A stretch of DNA of 64,000 nucleotides from Nemertoderma westbladi (lineage: Eukaryota > Animalia > Xenacoelomorpha), in the NCBI GenBank assembly GCA_032718475.1, contig JAUCBJ010007163.1, positions 39,084-103,083 of the forward strand, written 5' to 3'. Each line of letters opens with the position of its first letter. Position 1 is the stretch's first letter. Under the pieces are notes generated by a model that was given only the letters and a program-made list of their open reading frames with translations, was not told the origin of the DNA and did no database searches. The translations under genes and the position numbers were made by a program. Of this stretch, positions 24,608-35,975 are shown in pieces.

Positions 24608-26175
24608 TATTTAGTGATTATTCAGTAGATTAGTGCAATATATATTCGTGTTTATTACTTAATTATTTTGCATTATATATTTCATTTAACGGCGAGAAAC
24701 AATTCATTTTCTCTTTCCTTACTGTCCGTATCATATTATAAATACGTGACTACAGTAAGATGAAATGTCCGTACTTATTAAAAAGTACAATATACCGCCC
24801 CTACTATACTCAAGTATTATTGGTAAGTAGAGTATTAGGAATGCAAAGTTCAGATCCTCGTGTCTCGGCTAAACCAAGCTCTGGGTAGACCTTGGAAACG
24901 ATTTGCCTCTTCTCACTGACATTGCTTCTTGCAATATTGCTCTCATACCGTATATTAAATAATAGATATAGTAGAATGATGTCCATTTAACAGTAGCGTG
25001 AAACGCAAAATAAATCTGTTAAACCTTTTGACCATCTGAAATTCTAGTCGATTAAGATATCGCGGCATCCACCGATATACTTGAAAGACAAATTCTAGAA
25101 TAAGTGGTTAACGTCCCCAGACATGTTCTGGAATAAATCGGTGCCCATCTTAAATATTAAATATTTAATAAATATTTATAAAATCTGTTAAAACAAATGT
25201 TATAATAGAGTAAATGCTGATAAATTGACTCTAGAAAATCTATAAATCAAAATCTGTTAAAATTTAGATCCTCTAAAATTTAGTCGATTAAGATATCGTA
25301 GCACTTACCGATACTCTTAAAAGGACAAAATTCCTAGAATTAAGGATCCTAGTCCCCAGACATGTTCTAGAATAAAATTGTGTCTATTTTAATATCAAAT
25401 AATAAAATTTACGGTAATAAATTTTAAATTCATATCCTCTCATGAATTTGATAAATTGTCATTTTATACAATTTATAACATTCCCAAAATTCCATTAATT
25501 AATAGATCATGGGAGCGGAGATTCACCCTATTAAGTATATTAGTGTGCGAGAATCTCCAATGTATAGTCAATAGCCGATAAAATTCATAAAATCATGTAT
25601 AAAGGGGAATATTGACAATTAAAGAATTACTATTAAATAGCATCCCAGATCTGTATGCATGAGAATTACCCCAATTCTACTGCTAGCTTTCCATAATGTC
25701 ACCATATAGCAGCAACCACGCTAGAATTATAAGCGAGTTAAAAGAACAATAGAAAGCTTGCCCCATTGAATAGCATACGGAATAAATAGCACCCTGCTAG
25801 TATCCAGGGATACATAATAATAACGTGGCATTCTGGAAGGCACGTGACTAACGGACAAATGGCCCGAATGTGTACAATTTGTGACAGGAGTGTGGAATTT
25901 GTGTATTTATAGGTGAATGTTACTACTAAATGTTACCCTGCCTCTGTAGCAAGAACCTCCAGTAATTCTAAGCCCTTGGGACGGACAGTGGAGTGACTCA
26001 CGCTGGTTATTGTTGTCGTTGTGTAGCTACTACGTTGGCGAGAGGCACAGCGACGACAGTACATCAGCGCTGAGGATCTTGCGCTGTCCGGGGGCATTGA
26101 GGGGGAGGCAGCGACGATCGCTGACCTAAATATCATTAATTATAATATCGATAAACTCATATAGCAGCAATGACT
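24608..26175 (+). repeat. Leader module B, copy 2, ending in ATG at 26170 that opens a degenerate ORF
   Basis: Diverged tandem copy of 23084-24605. Ends ACTCATATAGCAGCA-ATGACT versus ACTCATATAGCAGAT-ATGACT. Confidence 0.9.
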
Positions 26176-26412
26176 GAGTTGATAGAAGATGATCAGGGAG
26201 CGATATACCCTACCATTGCAAGCGTTTATTGATAGTTTAATAAGCGCGACGCTAGTCAACCTACTACGGAGGACGATGGCCATTATATCGAACCGCCAAT
26301 GTCAAAGGAACAGCTCACACGGGAATTGGACTATATCCGACCCCTATCCACGTTCCGCTCTATATGCACCAGTCATATCAACCGACCCCTATCCACGTTC
26401 CATACCGTATGC
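26037..26412 (+). repeat. 376-bp direct repeat flanking the second LINE copy (second copy at 27650-28025)
   Basis: GGCGAGAGGCACAG...CCATACCGTATGC occurs on both sides of the LINE with one mismatch seen. Confidence 0.92.
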
Positions 26413-26423
26413 CGTACCATACC

Positions 26424-27649
26424 GTATAGATCCCGATTTTAAACTCATTTTATATGCCGACGACAGTGCTCTTATTTTCTCTCATAAAGATCCTATCCAT
26501 ATTTCCCAAAAGTTAAGTGCAGTTCTAGAATCCTGTAATGAGTGGTTGGTTGATAATAAGCTATCCATTCACTACGGTAAAACTGAAAGTATTTTGTTTG
26601 GTTCCAAAAGAAAGTTAAAGAAGGTAACTAAGTTTGAAGTCACTAGTAATGGACATAAGATTGAAAATAAAAAGGAAGTTAAATATTTAGGCGCCACATT
26701 GGATAACTGCTTATCAGGAGAAAGTACAGTGAAAAATATTTTCTCGAAAGTTAACAGTAGGCTTAGGTTTCTATACAGAAATAAAAATAGTTTGAACACC
26801 GACTCCCGCAAGTTACTTTGCTCTTCTTTAATACAGTGTCACATGGACTATGCGTGCTCTTCTTGGTATGAAGGCTTAACCAAACAGCTTAAATGTAAAT
26901 TACAAGTAGCTCAGAATAAAGTAGTACGATTTATTAAAGACTACAAACCTAGGCACCACCTAACTCCAGATGACTTTTCTGAATCTGGACTACTTAACTT
27001 AGATAGTAGAGTTAAGCAGCTACGCCTTAACCATGTGCATAAAGTGTATAATGGTAAATGTCCCAAATACCTAAAACAAAAATTCAACAGAGTACGCGAT
27101 ACACACTCTTACAGTACCAGAGCTAGTGCTTCAAACTTCTACCTCCCGAATTGTAAATCCTTTGAATCTGATACTTTCTTTTTTAACGGCATAAAAAATT
27201 GGAACGCTCTGCCTAATGAAATTAAAAACCTAAATAATCAACATTCTTTTAAATCTGCAGTTAAATCTCACCTCCATGTGCAATGTAAAAATAGGTACAA
27301 TAGTCCTACAGTAAGTTATTAGTTTATTAATTATTTACTATTTATACTGTAATTACGTTTTATAATAAATTGTTCTGTACATTACATCTTTATCGTTGAG
27401 TCGGGCATTGTCACGCTCTCGGTAAAGTTGTACATGTACATAGTGTAATTACGTTTTATATTGGTTTTAGGTTAGCGTAGTGTAATATTGTATTTGTAAC
27501 CAAGTAACATAAAGGACCCCCTTGGAAATAAGCTGCAAAGCTTTAGGGGTAATCCTATATGTTATGTTGGACAATACCTTTATACCGGTACATTGTTTGG
27601 TGTATTTGTTATTGTTTTTACATAATGTATAAATAAATCTAATAATAAA
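26424..27649 (+). mobile_element. Heavily 5'-truncated second copy of the CR1-group LINE (RT C-terminus and 3' UTR)
   Basis: Near-identical to about 17520-18736. Ends AAATAAATCT-AATAATAAA. Confidence 0.95.
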
Positions 27650-27949
27650 GGCGAGAGGCACAGCGACGACAGTACATCAGCGCTGAGGATCTTGCGCTGT
27701 CCGGGGGCATTGAGGGGGAGGCAGCGACGACCGCTGACCTAAATATCATTAATTATAATATCGATAAACTCATATAGCAGCAATGACTGAGTTGATAGAA
27801 GATGATCAGGGAGCGATATACCCTACCATTGCAAGCGTTTATTGATAGTTTAATAAGCGCGACGCTAGTCAACCTACTACGGAGGACGATGGCCATTATA
27901 TCGAACCGCCAATGTCAAAGGAACAGCTCACACGGGAATTGGACTATAT

Positions 27950-28187
27950 CCGACCCCTATCCACGTTCCGCTCTATATGCACCAGTCATATCAACCGACC
28001 CCTATCCACGTTCCATACCGTATGCACCAGTCGTAACAACCAACCCCTATCCACGTTCCGCTCTATATGCACCAGTCATATCAACCGACCCCTATCCACG
28101 TTCCATACCGTATGCACCAGTCATAGCAACCGACCCCTATCCACGTTCCGCTCTATATGCACCGGTCGTAACAACTGAACCTTAACC
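27950..28187 (+). repeat. 45-bp minisatellite (about 5 units, two alternating variants)
   Basis: GACCCCTATCCACGTTCC(GCTCTA/ATACCG)TATGCACCAGTC... repeated. The first two units are also present at about 26337-26412 in the duplicated flank. Confidence 0.85.
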
Positions 28188-29192
28188 ATGTTCCACTAGT
28201 TTCCTCTAGTGCATAGGTCCATGCACAATTTGGTTGGAATTGAATAAAATCTTCAAAAGTTATGAAGACAAAAGTTATTAACGATTGAATTTTTAATTAC
28301 AGACAGACGGACATGATATTTTGCCCTAATACCAATTGAAATTGTGCGCTAGTCGCTTCGCTCACTAATCGTGGCTCGTTCCACAGTATATTAATTTAAT
28401 ACAACGTACGATGTTTCCCATAGTTCCATCTATCTTTTGTTATTGGTTTATTTAATACGCATGAACATTCAGTTTGACAAAACATTAAATTTGCTGTCCA
28501 TTCTTTGAAATAGAATATTTAGCCAAACATTGATGGAAACTTGAACTGCGACACTGATGAATAGAAAGTCTGTAAAGTAGGCCATGTGGGCCAACTTTAA
28601 AATGTTTTTTAATTAAAATAATATATTCGATATAAAAACGTAACAAAAAACACTCTTTCACTAGCTACATAGAGTTATTATTCAAAATTAAGTATTAATG
28701 CACATACACAAACAATTTACTTGTAACCCAACAAGTGTAATAAATATGTTGGAAAAAAGTAAAAAACGGACACAAATATATTGGAAAGTACGGGACAGGA
28801 TGGACATCATTCACTCTCTCCTTACCAAACATTTTTTACGCTTTTTGGCATATGGGCACTCGTTTCGCTCCTATTAGAAAGTTATCAACTCCTGCAAAAC
28901 TCAACCACTCTGACTCGTCTGACATAATAATAGTCGAATATTACTAAACTTAAAATGACATTGAAAAAAGCGCAGTTTTCTGAATAGTTTCTGTTATCGA
29001 AAAATATTAATACCCGACCTTCTTGGTCGGAAAATCGAACGCGACGTGGAAGCAGGCAAAGAAAGATGAAATTGGATGTTGATTTTTAACGGAACACTAG
29101 CAAGACCGGAATTCTTACAATTGTTGGAATATTAAGTAAACTTTAGTTCCATGCTTTGTATAATAATACAGTAGGCCTATGTAGATCCTCAC

Positions 29193-29354
29193 CGTTTTCT
29201 CTTTTCGCATTATTAGCACACACGTTATGCATCCACGGAATTTCCTAAAATTATTATGCTTTCTCATATCCCTATATTTCCAATTGCTACTCCAACATTT
29301 CAGTGCATCACTACAAAGCAACGACAGAGCTAGAAGTATAAACAGCCGTAACAT
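29193..29354 (-). CDS. Putative first coding exon of a small secreted Cys-rich (Ly6/three-finger-like) host protein
   Basis: MLRLFILLALSLLCSDA-LKCWS...RGCITCV: signal peptide followed by an LxC motif. Phase-0 donor ACG|GTGAGG at 29193. Downstream exons are uncertain. Confidence 0.5.
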
Positions 29355-30219
29355 TATTGTTACAATATATTATTATATCTTATTTCGTTAATATTTTTCC
29401 ATGTGGACCGTTTCGTTTCTGTTTCGTTATTTTTAAAATAAAAATTAAAACGTTTATTATTTACGAAATTATAAATTTAATAATTGTTTGTTCTATAACT
29501 TTAGTTACTATCGATACCTCATTTATATTGTATTAACATTTTCAGCAAAATGTGTGATGCATTGTATAGAAAACATAAATAATAACAACGAGGATGTATA
29601 AATGAATGAGTAAGTTTATTTTCGACTCATCAACTTCGTCCATCCAGCTGCCCTATCGAATTGATTCGATACAGACTTCCTGCTCCATTCTTCTTCCCTT
29701 TCCTCTACGACTCCTTGCACAGTTAATGTTTTTCTATTATTTTACTACAGTAGCTAATATTTTTAGAAATTGTAAAAGTAATTTTTATTTATTTTTTATT
29801 TGCAAGTGAAAAATAAATTGGGAATAAACAACATAAAATACTGAAAGACTGAAATATAGTTCTAAAACGTGTTTAATATCAATAAAAATAAATTTCAACA
29901 TTTTTTTCTAAAAAAATTTTCCACAATTTTTCTTTGACAATTTTCGTTATTGAGTTTAAACACGTTTTAGAACGATGCCATGCGTTTTAAATAGAATCCA
30001 GATTTATTTCTAAAAAATGTTCTAGAACAAAAAACATTTGTTCTAGAACATAATTTTTTTTTAAATTAATAGCTAACATGTTCTGGAACATTTTATATAC
30101 AAATAGTAATAAAAACTAGCTACTACGAAATATTTATAGAAGGAAGTAGGATGTCGGAACCAGAGTCGAAATTACTAGCTAAACCTACAAAACACTAGCT
30201 AAGCTACCATATAATTTAG

Positions 30220-32205
30220 TTATTATTATTATTTTATTATTACCTTTAATCCAGGCCTTAGCCCATAAAAACGAGTAAAACAAGCACACAACCAATCAAG
30301 CACAGAGTAAGAGTAAGTATGTCACTGAATTATTACCTAAGAAAGAATACGTGATATTGAGTTAATACTACAAGTACGCGAGATCTCACGTAAAATAGAA
30401 TTGCAAGTTGTGTCAATTCTACGCAATAAACTTTGTTTGGAACGGTACCGAATATGGCAAAACATTGGAAGGTTTAACCTTCCGAATTGTAGAGACATAC
30501 TTGTAGGTTCACCGTCGGTAACCCGCGGAATATTAAACAAAAAACGTGCACAATTATTGTAAGCCACCCGAATCTTATTGTAACATATCTGTGAATAGTT
30601 ATGAGCATTCCACAGACTGTTACAATATATAGGGGTGCAATATGCCCGAAAAAGAGTTACTTTTACCGGTAAAGGAGCGGTGCTGAACTTCCTAACTAAA
30701 ACATTTGCTCTGGCATACAAGCAATGCATTTGTTTAGTTATGTCGTAATCATCGTCAGTAGTAGAGTGAAGAATATGTCCTAAATAGTTAAAATTATCAA
30801 CAATTGGAATATATGCACCATATAAACGGATTCTACATAGCGGAATACCTGAATGAGATTTCGGCAAAAAATATATACATTTCGTTTTTTTAACATTGAA
30901 AAGCATTGAATGACAGTTGGCAAATTTAACAGCGGTGTTAACTAACTTTTGCAAACCATAAATTGATGTAGAGATCAAACAAAGGTCATCTGCATACAGT
31001 ATGTGATTGACTCGTAAAGAACCCACTTTACAGCCAACACCACTGTTGGTTAATAATATACTAAGATCATCTACATATAAATTAAAAAAGTAAGGACTTA
31101 ATATACCTCCTTGTTTAGTGCCGTTAGACACTGTAAAATTAGAAGAGAAAACACCATCCCAAAGTATACGCATATATTGGTTCCTATACCAAAAAGATAT
31201 TAGCCGCACAATATATACTGGAACTCCACGGTCTAGAAACTTACGGAAAAGTTTGAAGTGATTTATACGATCGAACGCTTTCGACGCGTCCAACATGCAA
31301 ATGTAAATAGGTGTATTGTGATAGAGATAGTAATTAATTATTTCTTTAATATAATAAATACATGTTTCCGTACCTGAATTGGATTTGAATCCAAACTGGT
31401 TCGCTGAAGTTTGCAAACGGTCAATACACCGATTTAGAATTATTTTCTCAACAATCTTTCCTAGAACTGCACCAAGAGAAATACCTCTATAGTTGTCCTT
31501 ATTGGTAATATCCGCAGTTCTATCCTTAATAAGAGGAAGAACCGTGGAACCAATCATACTTTGAGGCATATAGCCATGAGACAGCATACAGTAGCATTAA
31601 TTAAAACAGCTAAAGTATTAATTAGGGTCTTGCTACAACCCTCAATAAAATGCTCTGCACATAGCCCGTCCGGGCCACTGGCTTTACCGGTAGGTAGGCT
31701 AAATACAGCATCTAAGACTTCACGGTCAGAGACCATTGGGATATCTACACTTATATTAGCATTAATATAATTATTAACGTAATCACGTTCGGAATCATCA
31801 TTTACACAGTTAAACAGCTGATCAAAATGAACTTTCCACATATTACAAATATTAATTGCACCAACACAATTATCAACCTTGTTTGGAAAGGGAACTTTAT
31901 CGGCAGTGTGTGTCCGAATTTGGGTCCAGAAGTCCTTCGTCTGGTCTGATAACATGGCCTTCGCCATACGTTCATTACGAATATTATTTTCATTGCGCTT
32001 ACAATGTCTCAAAGCCAGCTTGAACTGCGCTTTGCTTTTTAAGTATTCTTGAAAAATAGGGCCAGTCCTAGGTGAACCGCATTCACGCCAAAGCTTGAAA
32101 GCGTTTCGAGATTGACTGTATTTTTCTTTTACCTGGTCGTTCCATCCCGGGATGTGCCGGTTAGATGAAGACCCGGATGTTGATTTAGTATCTTGCTTCG
32201 AGGAG
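30220..32205 (-). mobile_element. 5'-truncated LINE (Proto2/RTEX-like RT) with (TAA)n tail and one frameshift
   Basis: ORFs 31554-32012 and 30337-31587: SGPDGLCAEHF, QFGFK, LDASKAFD, GTKQGGILSP, YADD. (TTA)n at about 30220-30242 is the tail. Clade assignment is tentative. Confidence 0.85.
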
Positions 32206-32507
32206 ACTTCAATTCAGTCAAATTAAATAATTATATCAAAATATCAAATTGTTGCAAAAAAAACTGGTCTCTTTTTGAATGGCCTCAAAATGCAGCTCAT
32301 TAGGCCGTGTATATAATATAGTAGGCCATGGGAGCGTTATATAAAATGTTATATCTCAAAAACGGCACGACAGATTTGGAAAAAAGTTTAGCAGCGGTTT
32401 TCTGAAAGCACAGTGCCTATTAAATTATTTGTTTTCTTCATTATTCTTACACTTTTAGAACGTTGTCTACAAATTTGCACAAGTTTGACGAGTTGAAGTT
32501 CGACGAA

Positions 32508-34232
32508 GCTGGGCGTTCTACTCCGTGCTGTTCAGTTTGTACTGATCACACGTGCGAACTCGAAGTTCGCTGGGCGTTCTACTCCGTGCTGTTCAGTTTG
32601 TACTGATCACACGTGCGCACTCGAAGTTCGCTGGGCGTTCTACTCCGTGCTGTTCAGTTTGTACTGATCACACGTGCGAACTCGAAGTTCGCTGGGCGTT
32701 CTACTCCGTGCTGTTCAGTTTGTACTGATCACACGTGCGAACTCGAAGTTCGCTGGGCGTTCTACTTCGTGCTGTTCAGTTTGTACTGATCACACGTGCG
32801 AACTCGAAGTTCGCTGGGCGTTCTACTCCGTGCTGTTCAGTTTGTACTGATCACACGTGCGAACTCGAAGTTCGCTGGGCGTTCTACTCCGTGCTGTTCA
32901 GTTTGTACTGATCACACGTGCGAACTCGAAGTTCGCTGGGCGTTCTACTCCGTGCTGTTCAGTTTGTACTGATCACACGTGCGAACTCGAAGTTCGCTGG
33001 GTGTTCTACTCCGTGCTGTTCAGTTTGTACTGATCACACGTGCGAACTCGAAGTTCGCTGGGCGTTCTACTCCGTGCTGTTCAGTTTGTACTGATCACAC
33101 GTGCGAACTCGAAGTTCGCTGGGCGTTCTACTCCGTGCTGTTCAGTTTGTACTGATCACACGTGCGAACTCGAAGTTCGCTGGGCGTTCTACTCCGTGCT
33201 GTTCAGTTTGTACTGATCACACGTGCGAACTCGAAGTTCGCTGGGCGTTCTACTCCGTGCTGTTCAGTTTGTACTGATCACACGTGCGAACTCGAAGTTC
33301 GCTGGGCGTTCTACTCCATGCTGTTCAGTTTGTACTGATCACACGTGCGAACTCGAAGTTCGCTGGGCGTTCTACTCCGTGCTGTTCAGTTTGTACTGAT
33401 CACACGTGCGAACTCGAAGTTCGCTGGGCGTTCTACTCCATGCTGTTCAGTTTGTACTGATCACACGTGCGAACTCGAAGTTCGCTGGGCGTTCTACTTC
33501 GTGCTGTTCAGTTTGTACTGATCACACGTGCGAACTCGAAGTTCGCTGGGCGTTCTACTCCGTGCTGTTCAGTTTGTACTGATCACACGTGCGAACTCGA
33601 AGTTCGCTGGGCGTTCTACTCCGTGCTGTTCAGTTTGTACTGATCACACGTGCGAACTCGAAGTTCGCTGGGCGTTCTACTCCGTGCTGTTCAGTTTGTA
33701 CTGATCACACGTGCGAACTCGAAGTTCGCTGGGCGTTCTACTCCGTGCTGTTCAGTTTGTACTGATCACACGTGCGAACTCGAAGTTCGCTGGGCGTTCT
33801 ACTCCATGCTGTTCAGTTTGTACTGATCACACGTGCGAACTCGAAGTTCGCTGGGCGTTCTACTTCGTGCTGTTCAGTTTGTACTGATCACACGTGCGAA
33901 CTCGAAGTTCGCTGGGCGTTCTACTCCGTGCTGTTCAGTTTGTACTGATCACACGTGCGAACTCGAAGTTCGCTGGGTGTTCTACTCCGTGCTGTTCAGT
34001 TTGTACTGATCACACGTGCGAACTCGAAGTTCGCTGGGCGTTCTACTTCGTGCTGTTCAGTTTGTACTGATCACACGTGCGAACTCGAAGTTCGCTGGGC
34101 GTTCTACTCCGTGCTGTTCAGTTTGTACTGATCACACGTGCGAACTCGAAGTTCGCTGGGCGTTCTACTCCGTGCTGTTCAGTTTGTACTGATCACACGT
34201 GCGAACTCAAAGTTCGCTGGGCGTTCTACTCC
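32508..34232. repeat. 61-bp tandem satellite, about 28 near-identical copies
   Basis: Unit GCTGGGCGTTCTACTCCGTGCTGTTCAGTTTGTACTGATCACACGTGCGAACTCGAAGTTC, with a 1-bp register shift per 60-bp line. Confidence 0.97.
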
Positions 34233-34371
34233 ATCGGCCATTTTCCACGCGGAGATTAGGAGACATCAAACGAATGCGGGTAAAACTAACTCGTAAATAA
34301 TCTGGAATATACAGTGACAGTGCAAAATGTAGTATTTAGGATATCCCTAAAGATAACGAACTTTGTAGCAT

Positions 34372-34804
34372 TAGCAGGTTTATTGTAGCAGGTTTATTGT
34401 AGCAGGTTTATTGTAGCAGGTTTATTGTAGCAGGTTTATTGTAGCATGTTTATTGTAGCAGGTTTATTGTAGCAGGTTTATTGTAGCAGGTTTATTGTAG
34501 CAGGTTTATTGTAGCAGGTTTATTGTAGCAGGTTTATTGTAGCAGGTTTATTTTAGCAGGTTTATTGTAGCAGGTTTATTGTAGCAGGTTTATTGTAGCA
34601 GGTTTATTGTAGCAGGTTTATTGTAGCAGGTTTATTGTAGCAGGTTTATTGTAGCAGGTTTATTGTAGCAGGTTTATTGTAGCAGGTTTATTGTAGCAGG
34701 TTTATTGTAGCAGGTTTATTGTAGCAGGTTTATTTTAGCAGGTTTATTGTAGCAGGTTTATTGTAGCAGGTTTATTGTAGCAGGTTTATTGTAGCAGGTT
34801 TATT
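34372..34804. repeat. 14-bp minisatellite (TAGCAGGTTTATTG)n, about 31 copies
   Basis: Read directly from the sequence. Confidence 0.97.
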
Positions 34805-35975
34805 ACTTACAGAAATGTTAAGATACTCTTAAGTTATTTGAGGAACGGACCGAGCTGTTCAATGGCAAATATGATTTGGAATCCATTAAAAAACAATAGA
34901 ATGAGTACTTAGTGGAACTTAGTTAAAATCAAAATGCAAAATTACATTAAAAATAAATTCAGACATAATTAGTAAAATACTGTTGCTATGGGCTGCATCT
35001 AGTTAACAACTATATATTACTTTATATTATACTTTATATATATTATTTCTTTATTGGTTCATAGGTAGAAAACTAACAAATATTTTTCACTGAAAAAAAT
35101 TTAAAATGAAACGGAACGGAACTACGTAAATTACGATAATTTATCGCAATGGAACTTATTGAATGGCGTTGGATTGGTTGTCAGCAATTACCATGACAAC
35201 TGAGATTCTCCTTTATAGTTTAAAACCAGCAAACAGCGATTGGGGTCAGCAGTAGAGCCATAGAGAACGAGGTGACCTTTGATGCGGCATTCTCGTTTAC
35301 TAACTCTTTTTTACTTTTTCTAATGTTCTCTTCATCCACTTACCTTTCCGATAATACTTCTTGGGCTATTTCTATATCTCGGTCATCCAGTGCGTCACTA
35401 TAAATCACTGAAAGACCTAGAAGTAAAAGTAACCGTGCCATTACCTTCATATTCGTAATATTAATTTCTTTCAATTTCTCTAATTAATATGATGAAAACA
35501 TTTATTATTTACTAAAATATGAAAATATCGAATGAAAGTTATTTTCTATAATTGTGAGTTACTATAGATATATTACCATGTTTATGGCTTGGAAGTCAAC
35601 ATTTTGAAATGCTTACTGTACCAAAGAGCGATTAATTAGAAAAAAAGTGTAAGATACATTTTGGGTGGACTATATTGAATTGTAATATTTTCAAAAATAA
35701 ATTCACTTTCAACGCCCCTTAGCGGCCAGAGCCAAAATTTACATTTTTGACTTAAAATGCTACTCCTTTTTTTATATACTTTATTTTCAGAAGTTGTAAC
35801 CTTTTTTTGGAATCAGAAAGGCCGATTACGTGAAAATATTCGAGCAGAATTTTTGTTTCGTACGTTTTAAGCAAAATTTTTCAAAATTATTTTCAAATTT
35901 TCAAAAAAATCACTGTTATATTTCATAATAAATGTTATAACAGATGAATAATTGCAAAACTAAAAATTGCTCGAA

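Larger units (their letters stand above)
940..27950 (+). mobile_element. Large BEL/Pao-family retroelement: duplicated 5' leader, gag-pol, duplicated 3' leader, degenerate extra ORF. Ends are approximate and no LTR pair was found.
   Basis: gag-pol motifs at 11289-22964, flanked by tandem modules A/A' (940-11293) and B/B' (23084-26175). Interrupted by Gypsy (1117-6128) and two LINE copies. A possible TGTTCGCGG left end sits at 867 where the RTE remnant stops. Confidence 0.7.

Noticed and set aside
26189-27322. 377-aa ORF as a novel chimeric gene
   Set aside because: Chance in-frame junction of target sequence and minisatellite with a truncated LINE RT.
32508-34232. CRISPR-like array of palindromic repeats
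   Set aside because: Units are contiguous with no unique spacers, there are no cas genes and the context is eukaryotic.
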